IMG/VR virus record: IMGVR_UViG_3300025828_000014
DNA: 64,000 bases
Source of the DNA: a virus
Strand: one strand, 5' to 3'
Part shown: positions 47,369 to 57,900 of the stretch, piece after piece
How positions within the stretch are numbered: the stretch's first letter is position 1
How the letters are laid out: each line of letters opens with the position of its first letter
Made by a program: the position numbers and the translations under genes
The notes under the pieces: model-generated
What the model was told of the DNA's origin: nothing
The model's input: only the letters and a program-made list of their open reading frames with translations
The model's database searches: none

Positions 47369-48858
47369 TGCAACATTTTTATGACGGACAAATTAGAAGA
47401 TATATTACACAAATTATTAGATTGTGTAGTAACTTTACATATAAAGATGGCAATGGAACAATTAAAAGTATTCCTGTCACCTACGGTGATTTAACAAGAC
47501 AAGTTGCAAATATTATTAGAGACAACAGTGAAAATAAACTGCCTAGTGTTCCACGTATGGCTGTATATATCACTAACTTAGAATTAGATAGAGAACGTTT
47601 AGCAGATGCTAGTTATGTAGAAAAAGTTAATATCAGAGAACGTGCATACGACGAAAACGGTAATGAGTATTTAAACACACAAGGCAAAAATTATACAGTT
47701 GAACGTATTATGCCTACACCTTATATGTTGAGAGTTAACTTAGATATTTGGAGCAGCAACACTGATCAAAAATTACAAATTATGGAACAAATATTAATGA
47801 TGTTTAATCCAAGTTTGGAAATACAGACAACTGATAATTATGTAGATTGGACAAGTTTGACTGCTGTATATTTAGAACAAATTAGTTTTTCTAACAGAAC
47901 ACAACCGATTGGCGTAGACAGTGAAATTGATGTAGGCACACTTTCTTTTAGCACACCTATCTTTATTTCACCACCGGCTAAAGTTAAAAAACTTGGTGTT
48001 ATTACTCAAATTGTTACAAATATATTTGACGAAACTAGAGGCACAATTAACTTAGGTGACTCATTTCCAGAACTTAGTGCATATGCAGATACTCCTGTGC
48101 CTATTAAGAAAACCACTTCAATAAATAGCGATCCAGCAACTAAAACAGATATTACAGCGACAGTATCACAAAGGTCAACAGTGGCACACAATTATAGAAA
48201 TTATGGTGTTTATATTTTAGGAACCACAGCTAGATTAATTGATAAAAATGTAGTTGGTAAAACCAATTGGAGAACAGTAATTGAATCTTATCCTGGAACA
48301 TATACAGCCGGATTAAGCCAGATACGTTTGCAGACAGCAAGTGGTAGTTTTGTAATAGGAGATATTACACTAAACAGTTTAGACGAAACGCAATTGGTTG
48401 TCAACTGGGATACAGACACTTTACCTACAGGAGATATTATTGAAGGACCTGCAAGAAATTCAAACAGCTACACAAGTTTTGATAAAATTGTTGAACCTTC
48501 GATATACAATCCAACTAATGATAAAACACCTGGACTCAGACTGCTATTGTTAGAACCATTAAATCCAAGCGAAAATGTAGGAGGAGACGTAGGTGATACT
48601 CCATATAACTATCTATATGATGGTCCAGACGCTTGGAAAAATTCCAACGGCACAGATTTTGTAGCAAATGCAAATGATGTTATTGAATGGGACGGAAGCC
48701 GTTGGCACATTGTAATTGATAGCACAGATAGCACAAATGGTATTAATCAAAGAAATTTAGCCACTAATGTTATGTATACATGGACAGGCGAAGAATGGAT
48801 ACAAAGCTACGAAGGTGAATATTCAGTAGGAACATGGGAAATATACCTTGATCCATAA
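47368..48858 (+). CDS. Tail sheath stabilizer/terminator (T4 gp15-like)
   Basis: HFYDGQIRRY, VPRMA, PTPY, QIMEQILMMFNP. Confidence 0.82.
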   Translation: MQHFYDGQIRRYITQIIRLCSNFTYKDGNGTIKSIPVTYGDLTRQVANIIRDNSENKLPSVPRMAVYITNLELDRERLADASYVEKVNIRERAYDENGNEYLNTQGKNYTVERIMPTPYMLRVNLDIWSSNTDQKLQIMEQILMMFNPSLEIQTTDNYVDWTSLTAVYLEQISFSNRTQPIGVDSEIDVGTLSFSTPIFISPPAKVKKLGVITQIVTNIFDETRGTINLGDSFPELSAYADTPVPIKKTTSINSDPATKTDITATVSQRSTVAHNYRNYGVYILGTTARLIDKNVVGKTNWRTVIESYPGTYTAGLSQIRLQTASGSFVIGDITLNSLDETQLVVNWDTDTLPTGDIIEGPARNSNSYTSFDKIVEPSIYNPTNDKTPGLRLLLLEPLNPSENVGGDVGDTPYNYLYDGPDAWKNSNGTDFVANANDVIEWDGSRWHIVIDSTDSTNGINQRNLATNVMYTWTGEEWIQSYEGEYSVGTWEIYLDP

Positions 48859-48866
48859 TTATATAT

Positions 48867-49301
48867 ATGAGTCAAATTATTTGTAGTGGTGCACTATTTT
48901 ATACATTAGATACACAAAGATTTTTATTCCTACATAGAACACAAAGTAAGAATAAAAACGTGTGGGGTCTTGTTGGTGGAACCAACGAAGACAAAGAAAC
49001 TGCTTGGGAAGGTTTACGTAGAGAAATCAGAGAAGAAATAGGCAGTATTCCTGAAATCAAAAAAACAATACCATTAGAAACATTTATAAGCAAAGACGAA
49101 AACTTTTTATTTCATACATATCTTTGTGTAATTGAAAAAGAATTTATCCCAGTTTTAAATAATGAACACAACGGCTATGCTTGGGTATCATTTAACAGTT
49201 GGCCAAAGCCTCTGCACAACGGATTAGCAAATACATTACGCAGTAAACAAAACCAACAAAAATTACAAACTGTTTTTGAACTTATTGAATTGTTCGTATA
49301 A
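48867..49301 (+). CDS. NUDIX hydrolase
   Basis: Nudix box GGTNEDKETAWEGLRREIREEIG. Confidence 0.9.
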   Translation: MSQIICSGALFYTLDTQRFLFLHRTQSKNKNVWGLVGGTNEDKETAWEGLRREIREEIGSIPEIKKTIPLETFISKDENFLFHTYLCVIEKEFIPVLNNEHNGYAWVSFNSWPKPLHNGLANTLRSKQNQQKLQTVFELIELFV

Positions 49302-52300
49302 CCAATCAAAGTCATTAATTTTATTTAAATAATCTAAGTTTTTCGCAGCATATTCACCGTATTTTTTGCCTTGATTAGCACCGTTAATCGCCGCATTACC
49401 AAACGGTTTATCTTTACCTCTTGTGCACCAAGCATTCAATCTAAATTCAGTTTCTTCATCTAGTTGTCCGTCAATTGCACGTGAACTTAACTTTACACAT
49501 TCTCTAAAGGCACTGCGCCATGTGCTGAATTCGTCTGTATCAAATTTTGTAATATTAGAAATCTTGTTTACTACTTTGAACAATGGACTTATACTTGTTG
49601 TCATATCAGGTTTGTTAGTATCCATATTCAATGTTAACTCTCTAGGCAATAGTTTTACAGCACCATAACCATAAATTAGTCCATTTATTGGATTTTTAGA
49701 TTTCCAAACGTGAACGGTGCGTTTGCTATCAGGATCGTAATTAGGAATGTAGTAATCAAAGTTAAAATCATCTACAATTTGTGCATCAGCATCTACTACA
49801 TAAAACATCTCAGTTTCAGCAGTTTTTGCAGCCATGATATGTGCTTGATGAATGCCTTCAATGCCATGAACTCTGTGTATTGTTTTGTCTGGAAATTGAT
49901 TTAATAATCTTTCAAAGTTTTCATCTGCACTTTTTTCATCTTTGCTAATAAACACAATATCATAAGGTTTTGGTTGACTAGCTGTAATATTGTATTCTTT
50001 TTTGTTTGCAAAAAACCGCATTTGAATTTCTCGTTCTGTAATATTAGATTTTTTGCTTACTAGTGCTACACCATCCCAAGCATTGCCATTTTTAAACACA
50101 TGATTTGTAGATCTTTCAAAATCTTGGTCATGTGAAAAATACAAGTCAAAATCAAAATTAGGTTCTATATTGACTTCTCTTGGTATAATCCAAAACATTT
50201 CTGTCTTTGACATGTTATATGCTTTTTTGTAATCGTTATATGTGTTAATTGTAAACCTATCATACACTACAGGGCCACTAGCAACAATATCCCATTCTTT
50301 ACGTCTACCTATAGTTCTATACTCAATTTCTTTTTGTGTTAACGGTGCATGTTTTGTAAACAAAAATAATCCGTTGTATTTTTCTTTACCGTTCACGCTA
50401 TGCTTAAAAGCATGGTTAATTGTTCTATCATAACTGTTGTGTATATCAATATACATGCGCATATCAAAATCTTCACGTATTTTAATATTAGGTGTAGTTC
50501 CCCAGAACATATTTGACGGTGATTCATCAAATGCATTGAGATAATCATTATATGTTTCAATATTATATACAGGAAAAGGTTTTGGTGTGCTTGCAACTAC
50601 ATCATGTTTCTTACTGTTAGCATAAAATCTATGCTCAACTTCTTGCTGTGTCACAGGAGCATGTGTTGACATAAGAGCAATGCCATCCCAAAATTTGCCA
50701 TTTTTAAACACATGATTTGTATTCCTATCAAAAACATTATCATGAGTAAAATACATTTCAAAATCAAAATCAATATCAACTTCCACATCACTAGGTATAG
50801 CCCAAAACATTTCAGTTGTTGCACTGTCCATTGCAGACAAGTAGTCAGTGTAGTTGTTTACTACAAATCTTTCGTATTTTACAGGTATACTAGCAACCAC
50901 AGGCCAATTTTTTGCTTTTACTAAATGTCTGTGTTCAATTTCTTTTTCTGTAACAGGTGCGTGTTTGCTGAACAAAAACAAACCGTTTCTATATCCTTTG
51001 TCATTAACTTCATGTAAAAATGTATGGTTAATTTTTCTATCGTATTCATTATCGTGAGAGAAATAATAATCAAAATCAAAAATACTTGTATCAATGTTAT
51101 TTGATAATCCCCAGAACATTTCTGTATCGCTTGCTTTTAAAGCATCTAAGTATTGACCATATGTTTCAATAACAAATTCATCATACATACATTCTTTACT
51201 GGCAACTATATCCCAATGTTTTGCATCAACTATATGTCTATATTCGATTTCTTTTTGTGTTACTGGTTTGTGTTTGCTTAATAAAAATACACCATTATAC
51301 AATTGCATTCCTTTTACTTCATGTATAAATGCATGATTTGTAAATCTATCAAATCTATTGGTATGGTCAAAATGTAAATCAAAATCCCAGTTATCAGTGT
51401 TAATGTTTCTACTTACCGCAAAAAATAATTCAGTAACACTTTTTTCCATTGCTTCTAAATATTCATCGTATGTATCTATAAAGTGTATATCATACTGAGC
51501 ATATCTGCTTGCAACAACTTTCCATTCTTTTACATTTAAAATGTGTCTGTGTTCAATTTCTTTTTCAGTCACAGGAGATTTTTTACTAAACAAAAAATAT
51601 CCATTGTAATTTACACTGTCAAATCCTTGATTGAGAAATGCATGATTTATACTTCTATCATATTTGTTATCGTGTGTAAAACTCAATGTAAAATCAAAAT
51701 CTTCGTCATCTTCTAAATTACTACACACTCCCCAGAACATTTCGGTTTTGCTGTGCGTAAACGCATACAAATAATCGCTGTATGTGTCAATGATAAATTT
51801 ATCATACTTTACAGGAAAACTTCCTACAACACTATGCTGTTTGACATTAACAAGATGCCTATGCTCAACTTCTTTTTGTGTTAAAGGGCTGTGTTTACTA
51901 CATAAAAATAATCCATTATACAAACAACCAGCATGATCATCTACTTTGTGTAAAAATGCATGATTGATATTCCTGTCATATGTATTGCTATGTTCTAACA
52001 CAAAATCAAAATCAAAACCACTTGTATTGATATTTCGACTGCTCATCCAAAACATTTCTGTCCTTGAAGTTTTAAGTGCAGTTACATATTCGTCGTAATC
52101 GTCAATTTGAAAATATTCATAAGGTGCAGGCACACTCATAATTGTGTTGTGCTCTTTCCTGTTTACAGGATGTCTATGTGATATTTCATTTTCAGTTAAT
52201 TTTATACTTTTAGGAACTAACATAAGCCCATTAAAATTTGAAATACCATCGTGGTCGTGCTCAAACACATGAACTTGATTTCTGTCTATGATATCATGAT

Positions 52301-53753
52301 GACTGATATAAAATTGATCTCTTGCGCTTTGATAATCGTTTATTTGTGGACTAGAAAGCCAAAACATATCTGTTGTAGCAGAACTTTTTGCATGTATATA
52401 ATCTTCGTAAGTTTCTACTTCAAAAACATCAAAAGGTTTTGGTATACTATAAACTTCTTCCCATTGTTTCTTCTTAGAATAAAATCTGTGTTCTACTTCT
52501 TTTTTTGATAACTTTGTATTAACATTGTATAATACAACGCCGTCGTAGGTTTTTTTATTTAGAAAAACATGTGTAATATTTCTGTCGTATTGATTGTGAT
52601 GTGAAAAATATAAATCTAATTCTTTCACTACATCTACATCACTTGGTATACCCCAAAACATTTCTGTGGTTGTATTTTCCATAGCACGTTTGTAGTCAGA
52701 CCAAGAATTAACTACAAACGTATCAAACTTTTTTGGCCGGCTTGCTACCACCTCGTGTTCTTTTTTCACTACAATAAATCTGTGTTCAAATTCTTTTTTT
52801 CCTATAGGACAATGTTTACTGAACAGCATAACACCGTCATAACTTTTGTCATTTAAGAACACATGATTTATATGCCTATCGTATTGATTCATATGATCTA
52901 TATAAAAACTTAGATCAAAGTTTTCTTCAAGTTCAACGTCATTAGGTATCCACCAAAACATATCACCCTCGATATTATCTAATACTTTTCTGTATTCTTC
53001 GTATGAATTAAAATTGTATTGTGGGAATTTTTTTGGTTTACTTGCTACAATGCTTACATCTTTTTTCTCAGCGTAAAATCTGTGCTGTAATTCGTTAGTT
53101 GTGGGATTATAATATTTACAGCCTAAAATGATTCCATCTTTACTACGTGCAGAACCATTGCTGAACACATGAATATACTGTTGACTCCAATCATCGGGCA
53201 TATATGAAAATTTAAAAAATTCACTGACTTCAACATCATTTGGCACTAACCAAAACATATCAGTATCTGATTTATTTTGTGCATCGTAATAATCTTGTGC
53301 AATTTCAATGTTTGGAAAACGTTTGATTAATTTTTGATATTCATCGTCGGATTCTTTACCAATAAAAAATATGTTGAAACTTTCTTCGCCACATAAAACG
53401 TCATATTTTGCACAAATATGTTTTTGTTCAATTCTGTGTTCTGTATCAATTTTTGTAGGAACCAGTTTAACTTTGTCCCAACTTATTATTCTTTTACTAC
53501 GTTTATACACATACGGAAAACAATGAATTCCAACTTCTGTAGGTCTAAAATGCCAAGGAAAAGTGCGTAATGTTTCTATATTTTTATCTACTATCCATAC
53601 ATAATCATGATCTTGATAATCTTTTACAACAGAATAATCCATTGTATCTTTTGTGTAATGTATAGGATATGAATGTAAAAAATGATTTTTTAGAACATCT
53701 TGTCCGTTGTAAATTTTTTGTCCATAGCGTTCAAATCTATCAAATGCTCTCAT
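49263..53753 (-). CDS. Giant repeat protein: about 11 degenerate GT-like repeats + C-terminal GT-A domain
   Basis: Recurring TEMFW...DR..NH.F...(N/D)G..L.SK...EIEHR units of about 100 aa; final unit TEMFYVVDAD. Confidence 0.85.
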   Translation of the reverse strand: MRAFDRFERYGQKIYNGQDVLKNHFLHSYPIHYTKDTMDYSVVKDYQDHDYVWIVDKNIETLRTFPWHFRPTEVGIHCFPYVYKRSKRIISWDKVKLVPTKIDTEHRIEQKHICAKYDVLCGEESFNIFFIGKESDDEYQKLIKRFPNIEIAQDYYDAQNKSDTDMFWLVPNDVEVSEFFKFSYMPDDWSQQYIHVFSNGSARSKDGIILGCKYYNPTTNELQHRFYAEKKDVSIVASKPKKFPQYNFNSYEEYRKVLDNIEGDMFWWIPNDVELEENFDLSFYIDHMNQYDRHINHVFLNDKSYDGVMLFSKHCPIGKKEFEHRFIVVKKEHEVVASRPKKFDTFVVNSWSDYKRAMENTTTEMFWGIPSDVDVVKELDLYFSHHNQYDRNITHVFLNKKTYDGVVLYNVNTKLSKKEVEHRFYSKKKQWEEVYSIPKPFDVFEVETYEDYIHAKSSATTDMFWLSSPQINDYQSARDQFYISHHDIIDRNQVHVFEHDHDGISNFNGLMLVPKSIKLTENEISHRHPVNRKEHNTIMSVPAPYEYFQIDDYDEYVTALKTSRTEMFWMSSRNINTSGFDFDFVLEHSNTYDRNINHAFLHKVDDHAGCLYNGLFLCSKHSPLTQKEVEHRHLVNVKQHSVVGSFPVKYDKFIIDTYSDYLYAFTHSKTEMFWGVCSNLEDDEDFDFTLSFTHDNKYDRSINHAFLNQGFDSVNYNGYFLFSKKSPVTEKEIEHRHILNVKEWKVVASRYAQYDIHFIDTYDEYLEAMEKSVTELFFAVSRNINTDNWDFDLHFDHTNRFDRFTNHAFIHEVKGMQLYNGVFLLSKHKPVTQKEIEYRHIVDAKHWDIVASKECMYDEFVIETYGQYLDALKASDTEMFWGLSNNIDTSIFDFDYYFSHDNEYDRKINHTFLHEVNDKGYRNGLFLFSKHAPVTEKEIEHRHLVKAKNWPVVASIPVKYERFVVNNYTDYLSAMDSATTEMFWAIPSDVEVDIDFDFEMYFTHDNVFDRNTNHVFKNGKFWDGIALMSTHAPVTQQEVEHRFYANSKKHDVVASTPKPFPVYNIETYNDYLNAFDESPSNMFWGTTPNIKIREDFDMRMYIDIHNSYDRTINHAFKHSVNGKEKYNGLFLFTKHAPLTQKEIEYRTIGRRKEWDIVASGPVVYDRFTINTYNDYKKAYNMSKTEMFWIIPREVNIEPNFDFDLYFSHDQDFERSTNHVFKNGNAWDGVALVSKKSNITEREIQMRFFANKKEYNITASQPKPYDIVFISKDEKSADENFERLLNQFPDKTIHRVHGIEGIHQAHIMAAKTAETEMFYVVDADAQIVDDFNFDYYIPNYDPDSKRTVHVWKSKNPINGLIYGYGAVKLLPRELTLNMDTNKPDMTTSISPLFKVVNKISNITKFDTDEFSTWRSAFRECVKLSSRAIDGQLDEETEFRLNAWCTRGKDKPFGNAAINGANQGKKYGEYAAKNLDYLNKINDFDWLYEQFNKFKNSL

Positions 53754-54325
53754 AATGTAAAACTCTTTGTTCCATAATGTGCTACATTATTACTTAATGT
53801 AGCGTCTACAAAAATGTCAAATCCTGCATCGTTTACATTTTTGCAAAAGTATATATCTTCACCCATCAACGATTGTGTTGCCTTATAATCAACATATTGA
53901 TAATACGGTTGTTCTAAATATTCATATACTTTAGTGTTTACTAACATACAACCCATTCCTACTGCCCAAACTTTATGTAATCCATTTGTTTCAGTAAGTC
54001 TTTTGTTAAAGTCATTAGAATCTACAAATGCTACGCTTTGATGCGGCGGCATACGTGTGCTATAGGTTGCTGCTACTATTTCTTTATCATGCGCTAATAA
54101 TTTTATTGCTGTGCTTTCAGGAACATGCATGTCGCTGTCAAGCCATAATATATGTGTGGCATTTTTTTCTAATGCTTCTTTTACCAACTGATTGCGTTGT
54201 TGTGGAATGATGGTTCCTAAGTTAATTAAAATTTCACAATCAATTGTTTTAGATATTTTAGCTAGAGAAAGAGCAAATCCTGCATGAACAAGATCTCTTG
54301 CCGGCACACATATAGCAAGTTTCAT
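53750..54325 (-). CDS. Glycosyltransferase family 2-like
   Basis: ICVPARD, QRN, ILWLDSDM, GMGCMLV, GEDIYFC. Confidence 0.85.
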   Translation of the reverse strand: MKLAICVPARDLVHAGFALSLAKISKTIDCEILINLGTIIPQQRNQLVKEALEKNATHILWLDSDMHVPESTAIKLLAHDKEIVAATYSTRMPPHQSVAFVDSNDFNKRLTETNGLHKVWAVGMGCMLVNTKVYEYLEQPYYQYVDYKATQSLMGEDIYFCKNVNDAGFDIFVDATLSNNVAHYGTKSFTL

Positions 54326-54702
54326 TAGGTAATTTTTTCAGAAATTGTATCAGTGTTTAGTGTTGCCTCTGCGGCTACTGTTTGATCGTTGAGTGTTCTT
54401 GCTTTTCCAACTGCTAATGCGACTGCTTCTGTAAAATCTTCTTCTGATAGTGCTGCCATTTCTACCATATTTTCTGGTTGCACTTTTCCTAAAGCAAGTA
54501 GGTCTGCTGCTGCTTTATGTGCAATGACATTGATCCAATGATATCTGTCGTCATCTTCTGGAATATCCATTGCATTAACCATAGCAGTAGCTTCGTCAAA
54601 TGTAATTTGATCAAGTTCTAATGCTGCTAATTTTGCATGTTTACGTGCTTTAGTATATTCTTGCGCCAAGTCAATATTCATGACTTCGTATAAACTTTTC
54701 AT
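54325..54702 (-). CDS. Hypothetical helical protein
   Basis: 125 aa, AGGAG SD, TAATG-coupled to GT2. Confidence 0.8.
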   Translation of the reverse strand: MKSLYEVMNIDLAQEYTKARKHAKLAALELDQITFDEATAMVNAMDIPEDDDRYHWINVIAHKAAADLLALGKVQPENMVEMAALSEEDFTEAVALAVGKARTLNDQTVAAEATLNTDTISEKIT

Positions 54703-54716
54703 AATATAATATGCTC

Positions 54717-54881
54717 CTATGTTCCTAGGCCACCAAATGATGCGCTTAAACTAATCGAACCAGAAGAAATACCAATATAAGCACCTAACGTGCCTCTTAA
54801 TAAAATAGGCGTAGCAGTGCCACCAAAGTAATTTCTTACTTGAGACATTGTAATTGTATTTCCTGTGTTCGGTAACGCCAT
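54717..54881 (-). CDS. 54-aa Gly/Ser/Thr-rich peptide (not in ORF track)
   Basis: MALPNTGNTITMSQVRNYFGGTATPILLRGTLGAYIGISSGSISLSASFGGLGT; AGGA SD; own promoter. Confidence 0.8.
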   Translation of the reverse strand: MALPNTGNTITMSQVRNYFGGTATPILLRGTLGAYIGISSGSISLSASFGGLGT

Positions 54882-54899
54882 TTAGATTCCTATTTTATA

Positions 54900-54928
54900 A
54901 TAATAACATACTATTTAATGTGTGTCAA
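54900..54928 (-). promoter_or_regulatory. Dual promoter: sigma70 with nested late TAAATA
   Basis: TTGACA-cacatTAAATAgtatgt-TATTAT. Confidence 0.72.
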
Positions 54929-54930
54929 CG

Positions 54931-54957
54931 GTGTTGCCGGATTATTCCGGCATACAC
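54931..54957 (-). terminator. Hairpin right after the fibre stop codon
   Basis: GTGTaTGCCGGA-ataa-TCCGGCAACAC; no strong U-tract. Confidence 0.5.
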
Positions 54958-57900
54958 CTATTTATCGAGTAGTTTTTTCACCATTTCTTTCAATTCTGCA
55001 ATTTCAGCTGCTTGCGCTTCAATCTTAGCATCTTGTTCTTTGATTGCTTCAATAAACAACGGAGCAAGTTTTTCATACTTAACTGTGATATAGTTTTCGC
55101 CTGATTTACTCTTATACTCTTTTGCTTCGCTATCCCATTCTGTATCAAATGGTGCTTTCGCAATTGCTTGTGGTAACACTGCTTCAACTTCTTGTGCAAT
55201 AACACCAGCATCGTTTTTCATTGTTACTGGATGGAAACCTAAATCATTAACTTCTGCTTTCCAATCAAAGTTTACACCATGTAGAGATTTTACTTTATCC
55301 AATGCGTTTTCAATTGGAACAATGTTTTCTTTGAGTCGTCTATCAGATGAATAAGCAGTAACTTCGCCTACAGCACTAAGACTACCACCCATTTGAGCAT
55401 TGTTGTTTGTTAAGTTCCAATAAGCTGGCCACTGACTGTTTACCTGTGTCCAACTGGTTGAGTCATCTGCACCACGTAGAATATAGAACAAGTCGCTATT
55501 GGTATGTAGCATAGCAACATTGTGATCAGTATCACGGAAATATAATGTTGGTGATGTATTTCTGATGTAAATGTTTTGACTTGCTGTAGCAGTGCTTCGT
55601 ATAAAGCCTGTGCTGTCAATACCATCGAGTGTATCAGCATCAGAAGCTGTAACACCAGTAATACCACTACCGTCACCTGTAAATGTAGCGGCTGTTATAT
55701 TGCCAGTAATGTTGATACTACCTGCGCCGCTGATTGTTCCAGAGAAGCTGTCGTTTGCATCACTGCGTAAGAAACTACCGCTATCTACTCCGTCCAATGT
55801 ATCTGCATCTAGTCCACTTGCAGAGCCATCATTACCAGCATGCCAAACTGTATAATTTGTTCCGCCAACATTGTAAGTTAAACCATTTACACCACTGTTG
55901 ATATCAAGATATTCATCAGTTCTATCATTGTAGATACGCATTGCTCCACCATTTACATACTGAATATAACCTCTGCGAGTTCCTGCTTGATAGAAACTAA
56001 TGTATGGACTTTGTGTCGAACCTTGTGTTTGCAAACGTAGTTGCTCACTGTTGTTGCGATTTATTGTAAGCAATCCTGTTGTAGTATCGTTTTCATCACT
56101 GCGTAAGAAACTTGCGCTATCAATGCTGTCTAGGGTAGCAGCATCAACACTAGTTAATCCACTACCATTACCAGTAAATGTGCTTGTGCCAATGTTGATG
56201 TTTCCAAAATTACTGGTAATGCTACCTGCATCAAGTGCACCAGTTCCTGTTAAGTTGCTGTATGTTCCGTCAATACGTGCATTTGGAACAGTTCCTGTGC
56301 CTAAGTTGCTTGCATTTAGGCTTGTAAGTCCGCTACCGTTACCGTTGATTGTGCCATTTACATATACATCTTTAGCAATGCCAACACCACCGTCTACAAT
56401 AAGAGCACCATTTGTTGAAGCTGTTGATTGTGTTGTATTATCAATGTTAACAACTGTTGAACTGTTAAAGTTAATGCTTACACCATTGTCTGCACCAATT
56501 GTATCCAATGCAATGCTACCAACATTAGTAATGTTATTATCGTTAAAGCTGGTTGCACCTAAACTTACACTACCTGTCGCTGTAAGATTATCAGCACCAA
56601 TATTAATTGAACCAAATCCGCTAGTGATACTACCTGCATCAAGTGCGCCTGTGCCTGTAATATCTAATTGGTGCTGAACAACACTGCTTGAACTGATTCT
56701 ACCATCTGGAACAGTTCCGCTTGTCAAATTGCTTGCATTGAGTGCAGTTAAGTTTGTGCCTACACCACTGAAACCATTTGTTCCGCTATATGTAAAACTT
56801 GTGGTAGTAACAGTTGTGTTAACACCAGGAATACTTAAACTATTGTTTGATGCATTACCAATTTGCATAAAGTTGCTTGTTGTGTTTGTAGCAGTTTCAA
56901 TACCTTTACCAATCAAGATATTGTTACTACCCGAAGTAAGTGTTCTACCTGTGCTTGCACCAAGCACTGTGTTATCACTACCTGTAACAATCTCAAGAGC
57001 TTGATATCCTACACCGGTGTTATCATCACCAGCTGTGCTGTTTGCCATTGTGTCTGCACCAACACTGGTGTTGTTATTACCTGCATTGGTTCTTTGTTCT
57101 TGGCTGTCTGAACCAATAGCAGTGTTATTGTTAGCACTTGTAAGTGCGCTCAGTGCCACATAACCTACAGCAGTGTTTTTATCACCGCTTAGAGCACCAT
57201 GTATACTACCACTACCAATACCAGTATTATATTGTGCACCAGTAGTAATACTATCACCATCGCCAAATATTAAGTTGGTTGATTCAGCTAATGCACCTTG
57301 ACCAATTCTAAATCCATTTACAGTAATATCGCTTGTAAATGTTTTACCTGCTTGACTAGTTGGCAATCTAGCATCGTTTACAGTTCCACTTGACAAGTTA
57401 GTTGCATTAAGTGTTGTGAGTCCGCTACCGTTACCGTTAAGTATTCCACCTACGTGTAAGTTTTTAGCAATACCAACACCGCCATCTACTATAAGTGCAC
57501 CATTTGTTGAAGCTGTTGATTGTGTTACATTGTCAATGTTTACAACAGTTGAACTTGCAAAGTTCATACTTGAACCATTGTCTCCGCTGATTGTATCAAG
57601 TGCTATGCTACCTACATTAGTAATATTATTATCACCAAAACTTGTAGCACCTAGTGTAATAGTTCCTGTTGCTGTAAGATTGCTTGTTCCAATATTAATG
57701 TTACCAAAGTTGCTTGTAATACTACCACCGTCAAGTGCGCCAACATTTTGCAAACTACTGTTAATAACATTTGTTCCAAGTGTATTTGCACTTAGAACTT
57801 CTGTGTTATTAATGCGATACACTTTTCCGCTTATGATGTTTACATGCTCACTGAAGTCCCAACTATCGTTAGCATTTGACCATGTAATAGTATGATCTGT

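Noticed and set aside
49263-53753. DGR template/variable repeats
   Set aside because: Repeats are diverged protein-level units, and no reverse transcriptase is present in the window
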